Assembly (NCBI GenBank): GCA_963575745.1
Contig: CAUYUJ010000225.1
Coordinates: 558,001 to 622,000, forward strand
Source: Prorocentrum cordatum
Lineage: Eukaryota
Direction: 5' to 3'
Length of the DNA: 64,000 bases
In this document: in pieces, positions 36,901-43,815 of the stretch
Layout of the letters: every line of letters starts with the position of its first letter
How positions within the stretch are numbered: position 1 is the first letter of the stretch
Made by a program: the position numbers and the translations under genes
Notes under the pieces: model-generated
What the model was told of the DNA's origin: nothing
The model's input: the letters and a program-made list of their open reading frames with translations, nothing else
Database searches by the model: none

Positions 36901-39900
36901 GCGTTTGTAGCCCTAGCTGCCGCTAGGGGTAGCGAGTGGCAAGGCGAGCTGGTCTTCTACGTCACCGACAACATGAACGTGCGGTCGTGGATTTCCAAGA
37001 GGCGGCCCAAGCACCCGCTGGCACGGCACCTCATTCGCCTCGTCCAGCGCCTGGAGGCTTGCTACGGGTTCAGCACGACCGCGCTGTACATACGCACTTA
37101 CCACAACGACATCGCGGACTGGCTGTCGCGGGAAGAGGCCAAGAAGGTCCACTCCGAGCTTCTTCGCAAAGGGTGGACCCGTATCGAGCCGCCCGAGGAA
37201 TGGGGGAAGATGCTGGCCGAGGCAAAGGAGCACCTCCTGCGGCTACCTGGAGAAGATGGGCCCATTGCGGAGTCAGCGCTCCGGCATCGGGCGCTGAGGA
37301 CCCCAGCAGCGGTGCCACGCAACCTCGCCCTCACAGGGCGCCGGGGCCTCGAGCTGGGAAGCCCACTGGGGACTTACGGGCGAGCCTGGGAGCAGCTCGG
37401 TGGCGAGCTGACCACGGGCGACTCCACGGGGGTGGACTGGATCATGTGCACGCTGTCTCTGGACCCGAAGGGCTTTGAAGTCGAGAAGTTGGCATCCTCA
37501 ATTACCAGGGCGAGGCCACAAGTTGTTGTGGTCGACGCCCCGGGCAAGCTCGACCTGACCCGCGTGGTCAAGGTGCTGCGCAAGCTGGGGTACCGCGTGT
37601 ACGATCTGGAGGTCGTCTGCACCCACTACGGCGACATGACAGCTCGAGCTCGGAGCCTGATCGTGGCGGGCAAGGGGCCAGCAGGCATTAGCCTGGCGGG
37701 CACGCGTATGCCGCCGGCGCGCCGCTGTCCCCATGGAGTGAAGCACGCGCTGAAGGACAAGCCCAGCGAAGGCTGTCACCACTGGCTCGACGACGAGGGG
37801 AGCGCCACCTGGGACCCTGCAGCTCGTGGGGGCTCCGACCCTACACTGCCCAAGGGCATCGGCCACGTCAAGATCGCCGGCACCAAGCAACTGGTCTGCT
37901 CAGTCGACGGCCCGATCGGCACGGTTCGCTGGCCCGCTGAGGGCCCGGGCGGACCGGGAGGAACCCTGATCCACGTCCCAGGACGCAGTGGCGGGCGCAT
38001 CAGGGCGCTGTCGCCGGAAGAAGTTTGGATCGTGCAAGGAGGCGACGAGGCGTCGTGGGTGCAGCGACGAGCCCGAGGCGACTCCGAGGCCACCCTGATG
38101 CGGGAAGCGGCGAGGTCCCTGCCGCCAGAGACGGCGAGAGCTGTACTTGGTTCTGCTGCGGACGCACTGTCGCAGACCACCCAGCGGGCAGGCGGCTGCC
38201 ACGATCCCGCAGAAACGGCCGCCTGGGAGACGACCCGACGGTGGCTCAGGGCATGGGCGCGGAGCGAGCTCCAGGTGAAAGCTGACAGGCCAGAGGACAA
38301 CCAGCATGCTGGGGTACTGAGCGACGACGTCCATAAAGCGAGGCGCAAGAGCCAGGGCGTCCGCTTCAAGGCCATCGAGGAGGACCTCGTGCGGGGCCCC
38401 GAGCCCCCCCCCGACGCGGAGGAGGTGGACCTGGACGCAGTCGTCAACATCCCCAAGAAGCGGCGGAAGAAGAGCCCCAACCGGGGCAAGAAGGTGGAGA
38501 CCCAGGGCCTGGTCAAGCCGGTCGCCCTGGGCCGCGCTCGTGCCTCCATCGCCCTGCCGGACCACCCGATGCTGGGAGGGGACGACTACGGCCGGTGGAT
38601 CGAGGAGCAGAAGCGTGAGGCGCTGATGCTGCGACTGTCCGAGGGAACCCGCGCTGGCTACGAGACCGGCTGGAAGCAGTGGCAGAGCTTCAGAGCAGCC
38701 CAAGGGGAGTCGCCCTGGCTGGAGGGACGCGACCGCGAGGAGCGACACGCCAACGAGGAGGCACTGTTGGGCTTCGTCATCGTGTTGGCTAAGGTGCTGA
38801 AGCGCACGGAGGGTACGGTAAAACAGAAGTTGTTCGCAGTGCGCTTCGCCCACCTCGTGGTCGGGTACCCAGATCCTCTACTCCACCGAGGCCGTCTTTG
38901 GTCCACGCTCGCCGGCCTCCGGAGAGGCCAAGGGCCGAGCGGGAGGAAGCGGCCAGTGACGCCTCGTATGCTCCTGTGGCTTCAGGGCTTCCTGAAGGAC
39001 CAGTCGGACCTCCCTGAGGCGGACACCGCTGTCCTGTGGGCCGCCGTGGCGGTGGCCTTCTTCTTCATGTTGAGGGCGTCCGAGTACCTGGTCCAGCCCG
39101 GGAAGACATGGAGTCGAGAGCGCGTCGTGCGTGGAGTGGACGTCACGGGCCGCAGTGGCGACAACAAGCCCTGTGCCTTCAAGGACGCGGTGGAGGCGGT
39201 GCTCCACATCACCTCCTCGAAGACCGACCAGTACAACGTGGGATGCGTACGGAACCAGTACGAGACGGGCACATCATTGTGCCCCGTGGCAGCACTCCGC
39301 CAGCTGGAGCGGCACTACCCGCAGAGGCTGCGGGGGAGCGAGGAGGAGCTCCCACTCTTCCGCTGGGCGAGCGGAGCGCCCATCCGTCGCGAGGAGGTGC
39401 AGCACTACCTGACGATCGCAGGGCTTGCCGCCGGGCTGCGGAAGGAGGAGATCGGCTCGCGCAGCCTCCGCATCGGGGGCGCGACAGCGATGTACCACGC
39501 CGTGGACGACTTGCAGCGCGTCAAGCGCTTCGGGCGCTGGGCCTCCGATAGCTTCCACGGGTACCTGTGGGAGAGCCACGAGCCCATGCGCGGCATCTCG
39601 ACCAACATGGCGACGGATGCGTCCGAGCTCACGGCGCCGCCGGCCCATGGGGCCGAGGGCGCGCGCCGTGCAGGCAGGAGCCCGACCCCGCTTTGGCCCA
39701 AAGCAGCGCTGACCATGACGACGCTCGCCGCTACGGCTGGCAGCGCAGACGGCTACGTGCTCAAGGTCAGCCCGGTGGAGAGTCAGAATCTGCTGATCCT
39801 CGTGCTCCCGGTCGGCTTGGGAGCTTGGGCGATGGCGGCGGGGGTGCTACTGACAGCCGTGCTGCTGAGCGCTGCATGGCGGCGCGAGCAGCAGCGAAGG

Positions 39901-40464
39901 CGCAGAGGAGCGGCCCGCAGGCGCGGCAGCAGCTGCAGGATCCGCGTCCCCTGCGCAGGCATGCTGTGCGCAGCGCTGGTGGCGACGGCGCTCACGACAG
40001 CAGCCGGAGAGGTACAGAGCCGAGAAGTGGCGACTGTTGACGGCAAGGCCCAGGGGGCCATGCTTCGCTGGGAGCCGCAGATGGGTACGGTGGCGATCAT
40101 TGTCCCGGTGGGAACGGCGATGAAGGTGGGTGCCACGATCGCAGTGCTGCTTGCAGCAGGCATCGGGGTGATTGGTGGCTGCTGCTGCAAGATGGCCAAG
40201 GAGGACGAGGGTAGGCAGGGGCCAGCCGTGCAGCAGGCCGCCGCGCAGCAGACGCCCAAGGTGCATAAGCCTCCCAAGCAGCCGCAGAGGACGTTTTGCG
40301 ACGCAGGGGTGATGGGCCCGGTGCACTACAATGGCGTGAGGTACGTGCACGAGACCCAGGGCTTCCGCCGGGCCAACGAGGTGACGCGGGAGATGGCCCC
40401 GTCAGGGCACCGCGGGTCATCAGGATGGCCCCGTGGAGGGGAGCAGAGGCCGCACCGTGACTAG
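30970..40464 (+). CDS. Retrotransposon ORF2 polyprotein (putative Cys protease, C5-MTase, Ubl, RT, RNase H, degenerate MTase, tyrosine recombinase, TM tail); probably continuous with ORF1 via a -1 frameshift
   Basis: 3164-codon open frame with no in-frame ATG near its start. Motifs are listed in the sub-features below. Confidence 0.93.
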   Translation: MGAEKSVGQGSVTVQGHTWRYLDYQDQLPLDECIAKRLQVAAGVSEERQCLPLHLAAAKLWVHLETPPDAQQVKDLALEIRRDLLEKATDAAAGLADAPPWISPREAEVRMHIHDAVHRDHDKDFRCVALFPCEALEEVVLRVWRADHWGHLDIDTVLPVGEPKQECHVIIHRGHMRVLHPPPGADGRRVADELIRTWATSGKDLKELPTMGWETYLASEEDGSPVVASKPPPCQHCRALAAQQQQRGRAAGGVTAAVELPTEVECPDFGDLEPLRWRPAFAWGLRTREIFAGTGRWTQAMKDAGIATSESVEYFGQPLLGKDPRPQFDIRDPLVRERLYQEFSAPPGPDEANVLQFAPPCVSHCPWQLAAGGTRTFECPDGTGERQIEIDGNIFGEFACIGAKRGYEAGREFLIESSARDGRYPKLWDRPCMRTLMRATGARVLAIDMCEWGLAPPDEPQHRYQKRTWWLASLGLYPYALILARRCTGHHMHRTLEGGLPYDLTDAQVEAYNLDARTRLSKAEASELINLSTKLSEAGEYYGLDSDGVTVTLPPDDKLIRVNQLIARAAPDNFHWARIDFRTKRHYSALPESQWALYFGKTPEGELRFTLGKQAPSNLEGGGRVPSGTPQLSAAVKGELGSAGFGLGLRGMRRTQHAGQYAPRLCAAWAAVLKAAAAGTAPEKLEQQIAAMDAEARALEEKLEDKVARARRYDALEQEPPPSFQPPTCAGEGGGTADGATDEHEHSVKCGSLEQSANTCCLPHSIWRSSMEVEFEGGSKGHQGGGRSKDGYLERNEAEADGLSSKGEGRGEEEVEVETDGEPAITTWGGDEKRGGRRGGKRGGWKRNKARKREARETAARGGGGSGGGGDDDGDGDESPEEEEEENRRQKKAREAEDEASRASPVRVFVPQQGDQWVLLKGGPFEAGEVKARLRVAETLSGGFFDADQLYLFEYTEDDDTAGAYGPPLDDEEAVRPGEKLPLWATLKPPKEWTSWSPRWNRDQQPAPGATAQEGQRRVTARIADRAAAAAAAPARPSGAAASSATGSGRQPAPTFSEVAAAAGGARASSVPPSSGGTSRSSGALMRVEEQLAEAQGQHARAASEGGDQELSAARVVGQLEIRRNEVQARRAARLEREARRREREDQRASSAPPEPHSPQVPTEAPPPPEAEEDPETTSEEMGRRVAEAHPGVACRGGVHKCNAARRFVKNFNDVRRGGKSHDLQHADILYLNGIGQISDVLMQAYPGADPTDPSLPPEPRQLGEILARYVEEHETLKLKMTSLGIPRDEQAGGGILDPIYVATEKTYVEEYEGRDVPSARSRSRRRSGGAAPSGGMKPPGGTPGDSESSASETMAPDTRGRLRARSPQDESRGRGSAPDPRDPGRRCGGPEVPPADTRRGAHQKGCAEAHQDESRSSPVTPRPGTSEAKEYLHWCLEHAEFAPELVKEVTDLGNRLLLAAGSVEAAAARLREERELALGNPLGGVLDPEFGEALEEDHRLYLQEMASRGVPVRRQQPRRRTIAKPHASARDHALEMYAKAWKDTSYGAVLWATPEAEAALSASELIESPSGRVPKMLPDRTVSSEGRPIHDMRVANGDSPKELHPPALQPKHEALVRLSLWWSARHPGVPQVIAKRDVSRAFKWHWVRDEDVAEFGTSLPGDAVGLTTRVIMIHCVMVFGWSGSPGEYMAFAWSAKWDHERRRPPDPAVNDTVRWSSKWLMDDGVLVEPLVGLRPWLSAADCDASMRRVWGDDAINVDKMAEEGTFQAEQLVWGLYLDVDKQRSRLPEPKCVKAAHLLAIDELRYGCRRVPIKVAQELRGSAQFWVATQPAIKPELPVIDRLLGGGLSAAWAEPRGSAEEVALAWDEWDQTLELLRVLFDAPEAWAPTFEASFISCPGPRERLALPGAAARTRWTGGGATTTTIGSIDWGRAVAGSKAMPPHYMAVDAAPLLRQLEDVLSHPGAEKDWAIAIVELLAFVALAAARGSEWQGELVFYVTDNMNVRSWISKRRPKHPLARHLIRLVQRLEACYGFSTTALYIRTYHNDIADWLSREEAKKVHSELLRKGWTRIEPPEEWGKMLAEAKEHLLRLPGEDGPIAESALRHRALRTPAAVPRNLALTGRRGLELGSPLGTYGRAWEQLGGELTTGDSTGVDWIMCTLSLDPKGFEVEKLASSITRARPQVVVVDAPGKLDLTRVVKVLRKLGYRVYDLEVVCTHYGDMTARARSLIVAGKGPAGISLAGTRMPPARRCPHGVKHALKDKPSEGCHHWLDDEGSATWDPAARGGSDPTLPKGIGHVKIAGTKQLVCSVDGPIGTVRWPAEGPGGPGGTLIHVPGRSGGRIRALSPEEVWIVQGGDEASWVQRRARGDSEATLMREAARSLPPETARAVLGSAADALSQTTQRAGGCHDPAETAAWETTRRWLRAWARSELQVKADRPEDNQHAGVLSDDVHKARRKSQGVRFKAIEEDLVRGPEPPPDAEEVDLDAVVNIPKKRRKKSPNRGKKVETQGLVKPVALGRARASIALPDHPMLGGDDYGRWIEEQKREALMLRLSEGTRAGYETGWKQWQSFRAAQGESPWLEGRDREERHANEEALLGFVIVLAKVLKRTEGTVKQKLFAVRFAHLVVGYPDPLLHRGRLWSTLAGLRRGQGPSGRKRPVTPRMLLWLQGFLKDQSDLPEADTAVLWAAVAVAFFFMLRASEYLVQPGKTWSRERVVRGVDVTGRSGDNKPCAFKDAVEAVLHITSSKTDQYNVGCVRNQYETGTSLCPVAALRQLERHYPQRLRGSEEELPLFRWASGAPIRREEVQHYLTIAGLAAGLRKEEIGSRSLRIGGATAMYHAVDDLQRVKRFGRWASDSFHGYLWESHEPMRGISTNMATDASELTAPPAHGAEGARRAGRSPTPLWPKAALTMTTLAATAGSADGYVLKVSPVESQNLLILVLPVGLGAWAMAAGVLLTAVLLSAAWRREQQRRRRGAARRRGSSCRIRVPCAGMLCAALVATALTTAAGEVQSREVATVDGKAQGAMLRWEPQMGTVAIIVPVGTAMKVGATIAVLLAAGIGVIGGCCCKMAKEDEGRQGPAVQQAAAQQTPKVHKPPKQPQRTFCDAGVMGPVHYNGVRYVHETQGFRRANEVTREMAPSGHRGSSGWPRGGEQRPHRD
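31822..32990 (+). other. C5 cytosine DNA methyltransferase domain (within ORF2)
   Basis: Motif I EIFAGTG (31834), catalytic APPC (32041-32052), FLIES (motif VI-like), IDMCEWG...YQKRTWWL, and C-terminal RTQHAGQYAPRLC. Confidence 0.85.
33685..33933 (+). other. Putative ubiquitin-like (beta-grasp) domain (within ORF2)
   Basis: VRVFV...EVKARL...DQLYLF...GPPLDD...LPLW parallels ubiquitin MQIFV...NVKAKI...DQQRLIF..GKQLED...LHLV. Confidence 0.5.
35430..36500 (+). other. Reverse transcriptase domain (within ORF2)
   Basis: SPSGRVPK, GRPIHDMR, KRDVSRAF (35875), MVFGWSGSP, LMDD (36130-36141), VWGLYLD. Confidence 0.93.
36700..37135 (+). other. RNase H domain (within ORF2)
   Basis: WTGGGAT, IAIVELLA, YVTDNMNV, YIRTYHNDIADWLSR. 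Confidence 0.88.
37339..38160 (+). other. Second, degenerate C5-methyltransferase-like domain (within ORF2)
   Basis: ELGSPLG (I-like), RPQVVVVD (VI-like), LRKLGYRV...HYGDMTARARSLIVA (VIII-like), RALSPEEVWIVQG (IX-like), ARSLPPETA (X-like). No PC catalytic dipeptide. Confidence 0.65.
38620..39580 (+). other. Tyrosine recombinase with N-terminal core-binding domain (within ORF2)
   Basis: SEGTRAGYETGWKQW, FFFMLRASEY (R at 39073), SSKTDQ, LCPVAAL, GSRSLRIGGAT, KRFGRWASDSFHGY (Y at 39562). Confidence 0.93.
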
Positions 40465-40507
40465 GGTGCGGGCTGCCGCCGGCCAGCGGCCGAGCGGGCA
40501 GCAAGGG

Positions 40508-40963
40508 ACCGCCGCCGGCAACCGCCGTGCGAGCGGCCACGTGGCGCCGGCTGAGTTCAGCCTGGCGCCCGCATCAGCTTCGTACTTGCGAACGGCTGGG
40601 CGCGTGCCGCGGCCAGGCTGCCCGTGGGCAGGCGCCGCGCCGGCCTGGCACCCGGCAGTGCCGCCAAGGGGGCAGCAGTGGCGGCTTCGAGGAAGCGCCG
40701 GCGGCTAGCCCAGCCAGGGCTGCCGCGCGGGGCGCGTGGGAACCACCGCCGCCGGCATACGCCGTGCGAGCGGAAGCGCGGCGCCGGCTGAGCTCAGCCT
40801 GGCGCCCGCGCTCAACTTTGCGCTTGCGAGCAGCTGGGCGCGGCGCGGCGGCAGCTGGCGCCTGAGGGCAAGAGCGCCGGCCGGCCCGGCAACCGGCAGT
40901 GCCGTCATGGGGGACGGCGGTGGCGGCTACGGGGGCGCCGGCAGCCAGCCCAGCCAGGGCTGC
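40508..40963 (+). repeat. Diverged ~237-bp tandem duplication in the element 3' untranslated region
   Basis: ACCGCCGCCGGCA at 40508 and 40745; GCCCAGCCAGGGCTGC ending at 40723 and 40963. Confidence 0.85.
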
Positions 40964-41151
40964 TGCCTAGGGCGCACGAAGAACCACCGCGGGCGCCGGC
41001 GGCCTGCCGCCCTGCGCCTGCGGACCCACCTTGCTGGGCAGACGCGGCGGCCTGCCGCGGATGCCAGGACTGTTCTACGCCGACAAGGTCGGCGGCTACG
41101 CGTCCCACTACAGCCAGTTCGGCGTGGTGGAGCGCTCGCAGGGGGAAGGAG

Positions 41152-41354
41152 GCGGCGTGGCCCGCTGCGCGTGGCCGAAGACGGCGCCGGCGCGTGGAGC
41201 GCCGGGCGCCAGCACAGGGAGCGGCACGGCCCCTTTGGCAAAAAGGGTCGTCGTCATCATCTGAGCCGTGCACGTCCCTCTTTTCCTCCCTCTTGAGCCC
41301 CTGCCTACTAGGCTCAAGAGGTTTTAGTTTACCAGTGCTGCTTGAGGGGATATC
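41152..41354 (+). repeat. Split direct repeat B1 (203 bp)
   Basis: Identical to 41601-41803 except C41301 vs T41750. Confidence 0.97.
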
Positions 41355-41515
41355 TAGGATGTTTGGTAAAACTGATGGATCTCCCCGACTCCAGAACTGG
41401 CGCGGGCTTCCACTTGCGGTTCCCTTGCTCCTGCCCTTGCCTCTTGCTTGCCCTTTCTCTCTCCCTCCCTCTTCACCGCCGCTCCGCGGCTCAAGCCTTT
41501 CTGAGGCCAAGCTGG
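41355..41515 (+). repeat. Split direct repeat A2 (161 bp)
   Basis: Copy of 25444-25604, directly abutting B1. Confidence 0.97.
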
Positions 41516-41600
41516 CCCACCCTGGGAGCCCCGCAGGGCTCCCTACCCGCCATTTTCTGGACTTTTACAGCGCCGCCTGGCACTACAGTGCCTCGGCGGC

Positions 41601-41803
41601 GCGGCGTGGCCCGCTGCGCGTGGCCGAAGACGGCGCCGGCGCGTGGAGCGCCGGGCGCCAGCACAGGGAGCGGCACGGCCCCTTTGGCAAAAAGGGTCGT
41701 CGTCATCATCTGAGCCGTGCACGTCCCTCTTTTCCTCCCTCTTGAGCCCTTGCCTACTAGGCTCAAGAGGTTTTAGTTTACCAGTGCTGCTTGAGGGGAT
41801 ATC
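41601..41803 (+). repeat. Split direct repeat B2 (203 bp), element right end
   Basis: Copy of 41152-41354. Confidence 0.97.
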
Positions 41804-42243
41804 CATGATCCCAGTGCGACCCTACCTAGGAGTTGGAGCATCTAGGAAAGCAACATCTACATCTACACCGACAGCTACATTAACATCTACACCTGCATCT
41901 ACATCTACATCAACATCAACAGCGAGATTCACATCTACATCTACATCTACACCTACATCTACACCTACATCTACACCTACATCCACATCCACATCCACAT
42001 CCACATCCACATCCACATCCACATCCACATCCACATCCACATCCACATCTACATCTACATCTACATCTACATCTACATCTACATCTACATCTACATCTAC
42101 ATCTACATCTACATCTACATCTATCTACATCTACATCTACATCTACATCTACATCTACATCTACATCTACATCTACATCTACATCTACATCTACATCTAC
42201 ATCTCTACATCTACATCTACATCTACATCTACATCTACATCTA

Positions 42244-43815
42244 CGAGGGTGCGCCGCTGGATCTCCCCAAGGGGGGGGGGGGTAGGACCCGCCCCCCCCC
42301 CCCCGATCCGTCGTCGATCCGTCGTCGGGGACCCCCCCCCCCCCCTTAGTCTCACCCTAACCCAAACCCCTAATCCTAACCCCAACCACTAACCCCAGCC
42401 CCAAAGAGTACTCACTACTCATTACTCACTACCCACTACTGACTACTCGCTATTCGCTACTCACTTCTCACTACCCCCTACTCACTACTCCCGATCCACT
42501 ACTCACTACCCACCACCCACTACTCGCTACTCACTACTCCTTACTCACTACTCCCTCTTCCCTACTCACTACTCACAAACCAACACTCACTACTCCCTAC
42601 TCACTACTCACTAATCACTACTCATTACCCATTACCCACTATCCACTACTCACTACTCACTACTAAATACTCATTGCCCACAGATCACTACTCACTACCC
42701 ACTACTCGCTACTCGCTACTCACTACTCCCTACACAATACTGACTACACAGTACTCAGTACTCACTACTCGCTACTCCCATACTCGCTACTCAATACTCA
42801 CTACTCACTCCCCGCCACTCAATATTCACTACTCACTACTTACTACTCCCTACTCATTAGTCACTACATAGTCTCTAGTCACTAGTCACAAACAACTCAC
42901 TAGTCACTAGTCACTAGTCACTACCCACTACCCACGACTCACCAATCGCTACTCACTACCCACTATGCACTGCCCACTTCTTACTGCTCACTGCTCACTG
43001 CTCACTACTCCCTACTCCCTACTCCCTACTCGTTATTCACTAATCACTACCCACTACTCACTACTGACTACTCTCTACTCACTACTCACTACTCACTACG
43101 CCCTACTCGCTCCTCACTATTCACTACTCGCTACTCCCTACTCGCTACTCACTACCCACTACCACCACCTCACTACTCACTACTCACTACGCACTACATA
43201 CTACTCAATACTCACTACTCACTACTCACTACTCACTACCCACTACTCGCTACCCACTACTCACTACTCACTACTCACTACTAACTACTCACTACTCACT
43301 ACGCACTACGCACTACCCACTAATCACTAATCACTACTCGACACCCACTACTCACTACGCACTAACTCACTACCCACTACTCATTACTCCCTACTCCCTA
43401 CTCAGTACTCACTACTCGCTACTCGCTACTCACTACTCACTACTCACTACTCGCCACTTACTACTCACTTATCAGTACACACTACTCACTATTCACTACT
43501 CACTACCCTACTCCCTACTCCCTACTCGCTCACTACTCACTACGCACTAGCTCACTACTCACTACTCACCACTCCCTACTCCCAACTCCGTACTCCCTAC
43601 ACGGGACCCCCCCCCCCTTTCCAACGCCAAGGGGGGAGGGGGGGGGTCTGCACCCCCCCCCCCCTTCAAGGGAGGGGGGGGGGTTCGGGACCCCCCCCCC
43701 TTAAGGGGGGGAGGGGGGGGGGGTCCGGACCCCCCCCCTTGAAGGGGGGGAGGCGGGGGGGGGTTCTGGACCCCCCCGCTTTAGTGTATTCAGGGAGATC
43801 CACTGGCGCACTTTC
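42244..43815 (+). mobile_element. TIR non-autonomous element with TA flanks carrying a (CACTACT)n satellite, copy B, nested in (ACATCT)n
   Basis: GTGCGCCGCTGGATCTCCC (42249-42267) vs GGGAGATCCACTGGCGCAC (43793-43811), 17/19 inverted match. TA at 42242-42243 and 43816-43817. The microsatellite resumes on both sides. Confidence 0.8.

Larger units (their letters stand above)
25444..41803 (+). mobile_element. Tyrosine-recombinase (DIRS-order, PAT/Ngaro-like split-direct-repeat) retrotransposon encoding DNA cytosine methyltransferase domains, 16,360 bp
   Basis: A1...B1-A2-B2 repeat layout; RT, RNase H and YR motifs; no TSD. Confidence 0.95.

Noticed and set aside
25580..40540. Numerous antisense and alternate-frame ORFs overlapping ORF1/ORF2
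   Set aside because: Expected shadows of GC3-rich coding sequence; no motifs.
25444..41515. Interpreting A1/A2 as ordinary LTRs of a Gypsy/Copia element
   Set aside because: No TG..CA ends, TSD or DDE integrase; B repeats and YR define a split-direct-repeat element.
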